Shown one piece after another: positions 19,465 through 29,600 of a DNA stretch of 64,000 nucleotides. The stretch is taken from positions 32,001 through 96,000 of IMG/VR virus record IMGVR_UViG_3300035703_000033; one strand, 5' to 3'. Position 1 is the first letter of the stretch. Every line of letters starts with the position of its first letter. The translations under genes were made by a program, and so were the position numbers. The DNA is from a virus. The notes under the pieces were generated by a model, which searched no databases, was not told where the DNA came from, and saw only the letters and a list, made by a program, of their open reading frames with translations.

Positions 19465-20823
19465 ATGAATATCGAAAAATCCTATTGGTCTTCTAATGGC
19501 GATGCCATTAATTTATCAGTTCCTTTCACTAAAGTCAACCGTGAAAGACGAACTGTATCTGGCTTTGCAACGCTAGATAACATAGATCAAACTGGTGATT
19601 TGGTTACAGCAGAAGCAAGCCTAGAAGCATTTGAAAAGTTCCGTGGAAACATTCGTGAGATGCATGGATCAAATGCAGTTGGCAAAATGTTATCCTTTAG
19701 ACCAGAAACATTTTATAATCCAGAAACACAAGAGATGCACACTGGTGTATATGTAGATGCATATGTTTCAAAGGGCGCACAAGATACCTGGGAGAAAGTT
19801 CTAGATGGAACTCTTTCAGGTTTTTCTATTGGCGGAAAGATTATTGAATCAGATAATGAAGTAAATAAGTCTACAGGAAAGTCTGTGCGATTTATTAAGA
19901 AGTATGCTTTACTTGAGTTGTCCCTTGTCGACTCACCAGCAAATGAATTATGTAATGTTCTTTCTATCTCAAAGTCAAACGGACAAATGGTATATAAAGG
20001 AATTGCAGTAGAAACAGAAACAGAAAATATTTTTTATTGTGAAGAAAGCGATTCAGTTTTTCTATCGCCAGAAGAAACATATGTCTCACCAGTAAGTGGA
20101 AAGAATGCAACACTAATTGGATGGGTAGAAAAGAATGATAGCAATAAGGCTAAAGAAATAAATAAGATTCTTGATTCGTTTAAGAATTCAAGATTACCGT
20201 TGCCTGATACACATATCGCAAAACAGGCAATTGGAGAAGGAGGTAATGAAGTGGAAAACGTAGAGAATACAGAAATTGTAGAAAAGCTACGGGCACCAGA
20301 AGCTCCAGCAGTGGAGCCAGCAGCAGAAGTTGTTGCTGAGCCAGTTGTTGAAGCGACTCCAGATTCTCCTGCATCTGATGAAGATGCCGCAGAAGAAGAA
20401 GTAGCTACAGAAGACACTTCTGCCGAAACTCTCGAAAAGGCAGCCGACGTATCAGAAGTTGAGGTTGATGAACCTGATTTTGCAAAGATGCTCGGTGATC
20501 TTAAGGGATTCTTTGCGGAAACCCTTAATAAGGCGTCGGAAAACAATGCTGCACAGGTTACAGAGATTAAGTCTACTGTTGAATCTTTCAGCAAGAGTGT
20601 CGACACAAGAATTTCGGAGTTAGCAGAACAACATACTGCTTTATCAAAAGCAGTTGAAGAAATAAAGAACACAATCTCTACAGTAGAGAAGCGTGTTGAC
20701 GCAGTAGAATCAGATACTGCAATTAAGAAGTCCTCAGACCTCGGCGGGTCTCAGGAGATTACAATCAAAAAGTCAAGATGGAACGGTTCTTTCCTCGGTT
20801 CTGTCAATGAACTATTTAACTAA
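19465..20823 (+). CDS. prohead protease fused to acidic/coiled-coil scaffold
   Basis: VSGFAT; REMH; GFSIGG; ELSLVDSPAN; C-terminal E/A-rich region and coiled coil. Confidence 0.88.
   Translation: MNIEKSYWSSNGDAINLSVPFTKVNRERRTVSGFATLDNIDQTGDLVTAEASLEAFEKFRGNIREMHGSNAVGKMLSFRPETFYNPETQEMHTGVYVDAYVSKGAQDTWEKVLDGTLSGFSIGGKIIESDNEVNKSTGKSVRFIKKYALLELSLVDSPANELCNVLSISKSNGQMVYKGIAVETETENIFYCEESDSVFLSPEETYVSPVSGKNATLIGWVEKNDSNKAKEINKILDSFKNSRLPLPDTHIAKQAIGEGGNEVENVENTEIVEKLRAPEAPAVEPAAEVVAEPVVEATPDSPASDEDAAEEEVATEDTSAETLEKAADVSEVEVDEPDFAKMLGDLKGFFAETLNKASENNAAQVTEIKSTVESFSKSVDTRISELAEQHTALSKAVEEIKNTISTVEKRVDAVESDTAIKKSSDLGGSQEITIKKSRWNGSFLGSVNELFN
20251..20823 (+). CDS. probable nested in-frame scaffold protein
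   Basis: AAGGAGGT (20237-20244), 6 nt, then in-frame GTG at the domain boundary. Confidence 0.6.
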   Translation: MENVENTEIVEKLRAPEAPAVEPAAEVVAEPVVEATPDSPASDEDAAEEEVATEDTSAETLEKAADVSEVEVDEPDFAKMLGDLKGFFAETLNKASENNAAQVTEIKSTVESFSKSVDTRISELAEQHTALSKAVEEIKNTISTVEKRVDAVESDTAIKKSSDLGGSQEITIKKSRWNGSFLGSVNELFN

Positions 20824-20841
20824 AGGTAGGTGAAAAAAATA

Positions 20842-21897
20842 ATGAGCAATGAACTATTAGAAAAAGCAGTTGCAGCTGATACTACCGTAACAGGTACTAT
20901 GGAAGGCGCTCTCTCAGGTTCTGGCATCCACGTTGGTGCTACATCTAAGGGTGGTCTTTTGAATCCAGAGCAGTCTGCTCGTTTTCTCGATTACATGTTC
21001 GATGCAACAGTAATCGGTAAGGTGGCTCGTACAGTTCGAATGAGAGCTGACACCACCGAGATAGATCGTATTGGTGTTGGTGAAAAGCTAATGAAGCTTG
21101 CTACTGAAGCAGATAATACTGCATCAAATTCAGCAGTTACTTTCTCCAAGATCTCTCTCACAACAAAGAAGCTTCGCCTAGATTGGGAACTTTCGACTGA
21201 ATCTCTTGAAGACAATATCGAAGGTGCTGATCTCGAAGATCATATTGCCAGAATGATGGCAACACAGGCAGGTAACGACATTGAGGATGTTCTCCTTAAT
21301 GGTGATACCTCTCTAACAGGAGATGCACTTTATAAGTCTTTCGATGGTGCTGTTAAGCTTTCAAAGGCTAACGGTCACGTCGTTGACGCAGAGGGTGCTG
21401 CAATTTCACGTGCTGTATTCAACAGCGCATTGAAGGCACTTCCACGTAAGTACAAGCAGCGTCGTGCAGACCTTAGATTCCTTTCAGGTTCAAACTTGAT
21501 CCAGGATTATCTATACTCTGCATCACTACTTGGAGATTACGGCTCAAACAACCCACAGGATATCGCTTCAAGCGTAATCCGTGGAGCTGGCGTACAGCCA
21601 CTAGGTGGCCCAGCAGGATATGTCGCACCATTTGCGTTCGGCATTCCAGTAGTTGAAGTTCCACTTCTTCCAGAAGCACAGGACGGAGACTACTCTGGCG
21701 CAACAGGAAACCACGGTGATATTCACTTGACATTCCCAAATAACGTTGTTATTGGTATCAAGCGTGATGTTACTGTATATCGTTTCTTCTGGCCACGTAA
21801 GGACTCTATCGAGTACACAATGTATACTCGTGTAGGTGTTCAAATCGAGCAGGCAGACGCTTGGGTCGTTGTTAAGAACGTAAAGGTTGCTTCCTAA
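20842..21897 (+). CDS. major capsid protein (HK97 fold)
   Basis: GGLLNPEQS; LSTESLEDNIEG; FGIPVVEVP; followed by a strong terminator; ATG 20842 preferred over GTG 20830. Confidence 0.92.
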   Translation: MSNELLEKAVAADTTVTGTMEGALSGSGIHVGATSKGGLLNPEQSARFLDYMFDATVIGKVARTVRMRADTTEIDRIGVGEKLMKLATEADNTASNSAVTFSKISLTTKKLRLDWELSTESLEDNIEGADLEDHIARMMATQAGNDIEDVLLNGDTSLTGDALYKSFDGAVKLSKANGHVVDAEGAAISRAVFNSALKALPRKYKQRRADLRFLSGSNLIQDYLYSASLLGDYGSNNPQDIASSVIRGAGVQPLGGPAGYVAPFAFGIPVVEVPLLPEAQDGDYSGATGNHGDIHLTFPNNVVIGIKRDVTVYRFFWPRKDSIEYTMYTRVGVQIEQADAWVVVKNVKVAS

Positions 21898-21917
21898 TTT
21901 TTAGGAATTAAACTGCC

Positions 21918-21954
21918 GAAAAGCCCCTAATTAAATTTAGGGGCTTTTCCTTTT
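21918..21954 (+). terminator. intrinsic terminator after capsid gene
   Basis: 13-bp stem gaaaagcccctaa/ttaggggcttttc followed by a T-run. Confidence 0.9.
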
Positions 21955-21998
21955 AATTGACTAATGCTATAATTTATTTAAGTAGAATAGGAGATTTT

Positions 21999-22400
21999 AT
22001 GTCATTTGAGACATTAAAAGTATCTGAGTTAAAGAAGGTAGCCGAAGAATTCGGTGTAGATACAGAAGGACTAAAAAATAAGTCTGATATTGTGGCCGCA
22101 TTGGCTGAAGAGGGAATTACCTGGAATCTATATCAGGATACAATAAAGAAAATTGAGGAAGAATCAGTGCCAGTAGAACAAGAAGTTTTACCAAAGTTTG
22201 ATGCAACTAAAGAGATTGCTGAAGATCAAGTATTGGTTAGAATGACACGAGCTAATTTTAGATACGATATAATGGGTAAGACATTTACAAAAGAGCACCC
22301 ATTTGTTGCTATGACAAAAGATGATGCTCAGAAAATTTTTGATAAGGAGGAGGGCTTTAGACTAGCAACTCCAGCGGAAGTTAGAGAGTTCTATAACTAA
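21999..22400 (+). CDS. Rho-N/HeH-like domain protein
   Basis: LKVSELKKVAEEFGV..KSDIVAAL; TGCTATAAT (21965-21973) and SD aggag favour ATG 21999. Confidence 0.55.
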   Translation: MSFETLKVSELKKVAEEFGVDTEGLKNKSDIVAALAEEGITWNLYQDTIKKIEEESVPVEQEVLPKFDATKEIAEDQVLVRMTRANFRYDIMGKTFTKEHPFVAMTKDDAQKIFDKEEGFRLATPAEVREFYN

Positions 22401-22409
22401 GCCTATAAA

Positions 22410-23393
22410 ATGGCAGAGGTATTAAAAAATACAAACGCTCCAGTTTACCATCAGGTATTCTGGAAAGGCGGTGTACAGGATGCAGATGATCTACCAGTAG
22501 TTAAGGTATATGATATTTCTGAAGATCCATTTACCGACTCTCCTTCTGAATCATACTATCTTTTAGATATAACTGCTGAAAAGGATGAAACAAACATAGG
22601 GCTGTATGCAGTTTATATACCAGTGCTATACACATCAAGTAATGCTACTCTTAGATTAATGTGGCAGTATGAAGTTGAGTCACAAGAAATGGAATACAGC
22701 CATGATTTATTTGTGGTTACTCCGTATGCAGATTTATATCAAGCATCCAATATGCTTGGCATAAATACAGATCCATCAGACCCAAACTATAGGTCATATA
22801 AAGAACTAGCAGCGGCTGAAAGATATGCAAGAAAAAGAATTGAAAACGCTACTGGGCAAAAATTTTATCTATATAATGATGTTGCCAGAGTAATTGGCTA
22901 TGGTTCAGATATTTTACCATTACCAGAAAAAATATTTAGGTTAAGAAAATTATATATGAACGATATTCTAATGGTTGATAATGTTACATATCCAAATGTA
23001 AATAATTTTGGGTTCGATGTAGAAATTTCAGAGACTGGTTTTGGCTTAAGGATAAATAAATCCAGCTTACTTGATAACACGGTATATGTAGCAAATGGTA
23101 TGGTTCCACCAACAATACATGACTCAAGTGGTGTGTTTAAGAATAATGTTGAGTACGAGATACAGGCTACATTTGGATGGAAGAAGGTTCCAGACGAAAT
23201 AGAATTAGCTGCTATAGAGTTAATGAAAGACTTTTTCTCTAAAGACACTGTTTGGAAAAATCAATATATTAAAAATATACAGACATTTGACTGGCAGTTT
23301 GAGTATAACTCTGATGTATTGAGTGGAACTGGAAATGCATATGCAGATAAGTTAATTTCTGGATATGTAATGGACAAGGTTGAAATAATATAA
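22410..23393 (+). CDS. head-tail adaptor/connector
   Basis: Position; ARKRIENATGQKF; FGWKKVPDEIELAAIEL; TGNAYADKLI. Confidence 0.7.
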   Translation: MAEVLKNTNAPVYHQVFWKGGVQDADDLPVVKVYDISEDPFTDSPSESYYLLDITAEKDETNIGLYAVYIPVLYTSSNATLRLMWQYEVESQEMEYSHDLFVVTPYADLYQASNMLGINTDPSDPNYRSYKELAAAERYARKRIENATGQKFYLYNDVARVIGYGSDILPLPEKIFRLRKLYMNDILMVDNVTYPNVNNFGFDVEISETGFGLRINKSSLLDNTVYVANGMVPPTIHDSSGVFKNNVEYEIQATFGWKKVPDEIELAAIELMKDFFSKDTVWKNQYIKNIQTFDWQFEYNSDVLSGTGNAYADKLISGYVMDKVEII

Positions 23394-23821
23394 TGTCATC
23401 CGTAATAGATGCCGTTTTATCCATGAGAATGGATGTATATAAACAAGTTGATTTGCAAGATCCAAATACTGGAGCATTAAAAAAAGAGTGGATGTTTGAC
23501 AGAACAGTAGATTGTCACGCAAAAGGGGTTATAAGTAATTCCGCTACCTCAAGATCTAGCGATAAGCAAACCTTTGATAATAGATATTCTAATGATCAGG
23601 TTATACAGGTCAGAACATCTGGTAGGATTACAGCAAGAGAAAAGATAACAAATATACAAAATAGAGAAGGTGTTTGTATATGGACAGAAATAAATTTTCC
23701 TAGCGACACTCCAACAGTTTTTGAAGTAGTAGGAACAACTCCTATTACAGACCCCTTTGGCAGAGTTGTAGGATATAACTCTACAATGAAGAGGTCGGAG
23801 AATCAGCAAATTGGCATCTAA
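23393..23821 (+). CDS. head closure/stopper protein
   Basis: Size and synteny. Confidence 0.55.
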   Translation: MSSVIDAVLSMRMDVYKQVDLQDPNTGALKKEWMFDRTVDCHAKGVISNSATSRSSDKQTFDNRYSNDQVIQVRTSGRITAREKITNIQNREGVCIWTEINFPSDTPTVFEVVGTTPITDPFGRVVGYNSTMKRSENQQIGI

Positions 23822-24593
23822 TTTTTTATTTGTAAATGTTGCTAGCGGTTTAGAGCCATTAATGCAGTCACCGCAGCATAGCCATATTAAGCAATCAATG
23901 GTTGCTCAAATTTCTGCTGCAGTCTATTATCAAGCTAAAGTATTAGAAAAATTAGAAGACAGCGAAAGCTTTAAAAGACAATTTAGAACTGTTATATTTA
24001 ATCAGATTGAAAAAGAGTTTGGTCAGTATATAGATGCAAAAGCTAGAACAAGTCCAAAATCACTACATCACGTATATGAATGGAAGAAAATTGGACAGCC
24101 AGAGGCTAGGTTATTTAAATTAAATCAGCTAGAAGGGCAAGGCATATCATTTAAAATATCTACAGAACTTCTACCATCAACATCTTTTGTACCAACTGGG
24201 AAGGGAAGACATAGACATGTTTTCTCAAATAAGGCAGAGGTTATGGAAGCTGGAAAACCAGTTATAATTTCACCTAAGTATTCAGAAAGATTAGTTTTTG
24301 AAATAGATGGAAATACTGTTTATATGCCTAAAGGTGCATCTGTAACTGTTAATAGACCTGGAGGACCAGGAGCTACAAATCAATTCTACCTAGCAACTAA
24401 TCAATATTTCAAAAGTAATATGGTAAACTTAGCTATAAAGAACTCTGGTTTTCAAAGATTATTTACTGCATCTTTAAAGAAAGCAATGTCTGTTCCATCA
24501 GATATTAGAACTGTGAAATATAAGTTTAGTCCAAATATGATTAAAAGCCAGGCTGACTTTGCAGTAAATGCAGCATTCGGAGGTGTAATGTGA
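23811..24593 (+). CDS. neck/tail-completion protein
   Basis: Synteny; LHHVYEW motif. Confidence 0.5.
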   Translation: MASNFLFVNVASGLEPLMQSPQHSHIKQSMVAQISAAVYYQAKVLEKLEDSESFKRQFRTVIFNQIEKEFGQYIDAKARTSPKSLHHVYEWKKIGQPEARLFKLNQLEGQGISFKISTELLPSTSFVPTGKGRHRHVFSNKAEVMEAGKPVIISPKYSERLVFEIDGNTVYMPKGASVTVNRPGGPGATNQFYLATNQYFKSNMVNLAIKNSGFQRLFTASLKKAMSVPSDIRTVKYKFSPNMIKSQADFAVNAAFGGVM

Positions 24594-25102
24594 GTCCAAA
24601 TTATAATATAGACTCAATGTATGAGATTAGAAAGTTCTTGTGGCAAGGGCTGCAAGATGCTAATTTAATAGATGCCGATGACTACTATAGCGATAACCTT
24701 GGCGAGGCTATAAACCCAATTATTCCAGTACAACAGCTTGCAGAAATGAATCAGTTTTTGAGCGGGAAAACTCATATTGTTTATGACAAAATAGGAATGT
24801 CTTATGAGCAAAATTGGTTGATATGCTGCGAGCAATTATTATTTACGATATATTCTACAGATTTTGCAGAGATAAATAGAATTAGAAATTACATGCTGGA
24901 CCAGTTCAGACGCATGGATGAGTCGGCAAGAGATCTTAATTATTGGGAAGATGTTTCAGATATGGTTAAATTCCATAGCATATTTGTTGCAGACATATCT
25001 CCTACAGCCCCTTCAGAGGAGCTACAAGGCTTTCTGGCAGCCGATGTCATACTTGAGGTCAAATACTCTAGGATAACAGACCTAAACGGCAGATTTGCTT
25101 AA
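24590..25102 (+). CDS. tail terminator-like protein
   Basis: Immediately before the major tail gene; typical size. Confidence 0.55.
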   Translation: MSPNYNIDSMYEIRKFLWQGLQDANLIDADDYYSDNLGEAINPIIPVQQLAEMNQFLSGKTHIVYDKIGMSYEQNWLICCEQLLFTIYSTDFAEINRIRNYMLDQFRRMDESARDLNYWEDVSDMVKFHSIFVADISPTAPSEELQGFLAADVILEVKYSRITDLNGRFA

Positions 25103-25103
25103 A

Positions 25104-25132
25104 TTGCTTTAGGCAACTGAATATTGTAAAAT
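25104..25132 (+). promoter_or_regulatory. promoter for major tail gene
   Basis: TTGCTT-17 bp-TAAAAT. Confidence 0.6.
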
Positions 25133-25205
25133 TATCTATAGAGGAAAGGGCCTAGCCAGCCACTTTATATATATATAAATAATTTCATGAAATAGGAGGA
25201 AACTC

Positions 25206-25931
25206 ATGGCACAAGCAGTAGGTAATGCAAGAAATATTCTTGTTGGTGCTTCACCATTGTTCCTATCAACACTAGATTCCACAGCAGCAGGTTATGATGC
25301 AGACATGGAAGCTGGAGTTGCTAAAGCAGGCACAGTTGGTGGAAATAATAAGGTCCCAGCATTTGCTTCAGGTGTATCTTATACAGATACACTAAACGCA
25401 CAGGATGCTAGATTTGGCGATGACGGAGCATACCGTAACGTTGGTTACACAAATAACGGTCTTCAGATCACCTATAACCCAACATATGATTCTGTAACTG
25501 TTGACCAGCTTCTTGATACAGCTAAGCTGTTCAAGTCTGCGATGGAAGTTATGATTGCAACAGAAATGTCCGAAGGTACTCTAGAGAACGTTCTAGTCGT
25601 TTTCGGTCAAGGAAGAAGCACTCTAGACGAGTCAGATGGAACAAAGGATGTTTTAGGTTTGGAAGCAGGTGCACTAGGTGCAGCTCCAACAGAGCGTCAA
25701 TTAATTGCAGTTGGACAAGCTCCAGGAACTGACGTTGAAGGTAATACAATTACAAGAACAGAGCGTGTATATTATGCACGTCGTGTTCTTTCAGTACAGC
25801 AGTCACAGTTCTCTTTGGCTCGTACAGCTCCAACTACATTCCCAGTAACATTCCGTCTTCTACCATCTGGTGACGCAGCTCACGCAGGTAAGGAATACGG
25901 TTTAATTATTGACCGTGTAGTTACAGCTTAA
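25206..25931 (+). CDS. major tail (tube) protein
   Basis: SD aggagg; RNILVGA; VGYTNNGLQITYNP; PVTFRLLP; followed by terminator and chaperones. Confidence 0.85.
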   Translation: MAQAVGNARNILVGASPLFLSTLDSTAAGYDADMEAGVAKAGTVGGNNKVPAFASGVSYTDTLNAQDARFGDDGAYRNVGYTNNGLQITYNPTYDSVTVDQLLDTAKLFKSAMEVMIATEMSEGTLENVLVVFGQGRSTLDESDGTKDVLGLEAGALGAAPTERQLIAVGQAPGTDVEGNTITRTERVYYARRVLSVQQSQFSLARTAPTTFPVTFRLLPSGDAAHAGKEYGLIIDRVVTA

Positions 25932-25951
25932 TAATTAATTTTAATTATTAA

Positions 25952-25979
25952 ATAAAGCCCCCAGAAATGGGGGCTTTAT
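25952..25979 (+). terminator. intrinsic terminator after major tail gene
   Basis: 12-bp stem ataaagccccca/tgggggctttat with GAAA loop. Confidence 0.85.
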
Positions 25980-25981
25980 AC

Positions 25982-26010
25982 TTGTAACCGTATAATCCTT
26001 ATGTTATAAT
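25982..26010 (+). promoter_or_regulatory. promoter for chaperone/tape-measure operon
   Basis: TTGTAA-17 bp-TATAAT with extended TG. Confidence 0.65.
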
Positions 26011-26036
26011 AATTGAGACAGCCAAAGGAGGATAAA

Positions 26037-26363
26037 TTGGCAACTACGGTATATAATACAGAAGAAATTGTATTACAAAATGGAAATAAGGTAACACTTA
26101 AGCCATTAACTATTAAGCAGTTAAGAAAGTTTATGGTGGTAGTAAATAAGCTATCAGAAACAACTACAGAAGATGAAAGCCTCAGTACATTATTAGAGGC
26201 ATGTTCAATTGCATTAGAAAAGCAATTAGATGATGTTTCGACTGAAACATTAGAAGACATTTTGGACGTTCCAACTATTAACCGCATCCTAGAAGTATGT
26301 GGAGGAATTAAGATGGACGACCCAAACCTTCTAGCGGCGGCGGTTCTGGCTGGTCAGAACTAG
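26037..26363 (+). CDS. tail assembly chaperone (G)
   Basis: SD aaggagg then TTG 26037; lies between major tail and tape measure genes. Confidence 0.8.
   Translation: MATTVYNTEEIVLQNGNKVTLKPLTIKQLRKFMVVVNKLSETTTEDESLSTLLEACSIALEKQLDDVSTETLEDILDVPTINRILEVCGGIKMDDPNLLAAAVLAGQN
26321..26327 (+). other. -1 programmed ribosomal frameshift site C CCA AAC
   Basis: X XXY YYZ in the correct phase; -1 frame open to 26692. Confidence 0.8.
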
Positions 26364-26692
26364 ACCTTGCCGCATTGGAAGGAGAGATCTTTCTTCTCGG
26401 ACATTGGAAAAATTACGAGGAGCTAGAAGAAAATCTCTCAATGCCAGAGTTAATACAAACAATTAAGTCTATGCAAAAAACTGAAGAAGAAAAAAGAAAA
26501 TTCTTAGCTTCGCTTCAAGGTATAAACTTAAATGAAGAAGAAAATAAAGATGCTTTAACTTTTGAAGATGTCAAAAGAAGAGCTCTTGGAATAAATGCTT
26601 CAGGAGATGACGTAGTTTCACTTCAAGGAAGTTTTGCACAAGAGTCTGGTTTTGGAATTGGTATGGGGTTAGGGTATAGTAGGAGTAATTAG
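26327..26692 (+). CDS. tail assembly chaperone T segment (expressed as G-T fusion)
   Basis: -1 frame reads PSSGGGSGWSELDLAALEGEIFLLGHWK...; no SD at 26375. Confidence 0.75.
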   Translation, partial: PSSGGGSGWSELDLAALEGEIFLLGHWKNYEELEENLSMPELIQTIKSMQKTEEEKRKFLASLQGINLNEEENKDALTFEDVKRRALGINASGDDVVSLQGSFAQESGFGIGMGLGYSRSN

Positions 26693-29600
26693 TGGCTGAA
26701 GAAAATATTATCACTAATATTACGGCAAGGGCTGACTTCTCAAGTCTTATAAAAGATTTGAATAGGGTAACGGCCTCATTGTCGTCCCTACAGCAAACAG
26801 TTGGCGCAACTAATAAAGCAATCTCTAGTCAAATAGATGCAATCAATAGAGGATTTGCAAATACAGTTAGAAGTACAGGACAGTTTTCTTCACACTATGT
26901 TTCTTTATCTTCAGATGTTGAAAAGTTTGGTAGAAGCCTAGACTCTGGAAGATTAAAACTAAAGGATTATTTTAGAACCTGGCAGGATCATACCAGAACC
27001 TCTGGCGGATTAATTAGAGATCTTGCAAAACAGCAAGTACAATTACAAAATGCAATCCTCCAGCCATTGGGACGAAATGCCCAAGGCTTAATGCAATTTA
27101 ATGTCCATGTTCCAAGAGGGCTTGATGTAATTAAAAATAAAACAGCTCTAACAACACAAGAGCTGAAGATTATGAATAAAGTTGTACAGGATGGAGCAGT
27201 ACAACTTATCAACTGGGGTAAGAATACTCAGTGGGCAGGACGTCAGCTTACAGTAGGTTTAACTCTTCCATTAGCAGCATTTGGTAAAGCTGCAGCAGAT
27301 GCATTTAGAAGTGCAGATCAAGAGTTAACAAGACTAACAAAGGTTTATGGCGATATAGCTGGTGCAACTTCAGCAGAGCTTGGGCAGATTAGAAATGATG
27401 TATCTAAGACTGCAAAAGAACTCGCTTCTAGCATGGGAGTTAATTTTCAAGAAACTATAGCGTTAGCAGCAGACATTGCGGCAACTGGAAAAACTGGAAA
27501 TGAATTATTATCTTCAGTTTCTGAAACAACTAGATTGGCAGTTCTTGGTGAAGTAGATAGACAAGAAGCTATGAAAGCAACTCTTGCAATACAGTCAGCT
27601 TTCAAGTCAAATACAGAAGAGCTTAGCCAGTCAATTAACTTTTTAAACGCAGTAGAAAACCAAACATCAACTACTCTTAATGACCTTGTAGAGGCTATTC
27701 CAAAGGCTGGCCCAGTTATTAAGGGTCTTGGTGGAAGTGTTCAAGATTTAGCTTTATATCTTACAGCAATGCGTGAGGGTGGAGTTTCTGCATCTGAAGG
27801 TGCAAATGCCCTTAAGTCAGCATTAGCTTCTTTAATTAACCCAACTGATGTTGCTGTTGCAAAATTTGAAGGGTTCGGTATAGATCTACTTGGTATTGTA
27901 AATAATAATGCAGGTAATGTAACACAAACTTTGATGTCATTACAAGGTGCATTAGATAAACTTGATCCATTGCAAAAGCAACAGGCAATTGAGCAGTTAT
28001 TTGGTAAGTTCCAATTCTCAAGACTTAATGCATTATTTGAAAACCTAGGAAGACAAGGAAGTCAGACGCTGCAGGTTCTTGATCTTATGAAGGCAAGCGC
28101 AGGAGATTTGGAAAATGTTGCAAGTCGAGAATTAGCAATGGTTACTGAATCAGCAGCAGGTAAATATAAGAGAGCAATAGAATCTCTAAAGGCTGACCTG
28201 GCTGGTGTTGGAGAGCAGTTCCTAAATATAGGAACAACAATAGTAACTGTATTAGATAATATTATTGATTTTGGTAAAAAGCTTCCAGAGCCACTTAAAA
28301 AGATATTAGCTTTTGGAACAGCATTCACTGCTATGGTAGGGCCAGTAATTATGTTAACTGGTTTGCTTGCAAACTTCTTTGGATACATAGTTAAGGGTGT
28401 TTTCCACTTTAAGTCGCTATTTAAGGGTGGAGAGGGATGGAGACTTCTAACTCCAGAAATTTTAGCTGCAGAAAAAGCAGGCTCTTTAGCAGAGCAAACA
28501 TTTTATAGTGATGCACAAGCCGCTACAATATTAAAGAAAGCATTAGCTGATTTATCAATGGAGTATGATGCTCTAGCAGCACGTCTTGCTTCTGGAAAAA
28601 TTTCAGTATCTCCAGCACTAACAACGATGGCTGGCTCAATAATTCAACCAGGATCTCCTGGGTATAGACCAGTAAATCCAAACCATCCTCTTGTTGGCGG
28701 AATGTCAAGCTCTCACTTAAATCCAAGAGACCCAAATAATCCAGCAACCCTATTTGGCCTAGTTCCAGGAGCCACTGGCGTAAATCAGAAAATCGGTAGA
28801 AATCCACAAATTATGATGGAGGAGAGGCTTCCAAATATTGAAGGCTTAACTTCTGTAGGTGGAGTTTCAACTGGAGTTGTAGCATCAGAGGCTGCTAGAT
28901 ATCAGGCACTTATGGCAACACTTGGAATGCAGTCTCAAAAAGAAATTGAAGATTTAAAGAAAACTATTAGAATGGGTGGAGCAGTAAGCTCTCAATTTAT
29001 TCAAACATTTGATGATATTTTGCCTTTAACAACTCAAATAACTCAAAATGTTGCAGCACAGTCAGCAGCAGTAATTGCAGAGCTAAGAGCTGGTAAGTTA
29101 ACTGTTGATCAAGCTAAGGCTCAAATTATTGCATTGAATGCACAACTTGAAGCAGATCTAGGTAGAACAGTAAGCGCATATGCTAGTTCAACTGGAAGAA
29201 GCATAGATTTAACTAGAGTGCCACTAATAGATCAGCCAGTAGTTGATGCAACTGGAAAGTCAAATATGAGAGCATTATTTAGAAAGGGCAGAATGCGTGA
29301 TATCATGCAAGCCCTTGGAAGAGCTACCAGAACAAGAACTATGGGTGCTCCATACAGCATAGAGACTACTAATCTGCCTAAGTTTAATACTGGTGGTCAA
29401 GTTTATGTGTCACCAGGAAGCGTTGTTCCTGGCCCTAACGTTAATGCGGATGTCGTACCAGCAATGCTTACTGCTGGAGAGTTTGTTGTTAATAGAGAAG
29501 CTACAGCAGCTAATTTACCATTACTACAAGCAATTAATGGTCAAGGTTCAAGGGGCCCAGGGTTTAATTTAGGATCTTCAAGAGAAATTAGAAACAGATA

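Noticed and set aside
20034-20672. 212-aa minus-strand ORF and the other antisense ORFs
   Set aside because: Antisense to well-supported genes, with no recognisable motifs or RBS.
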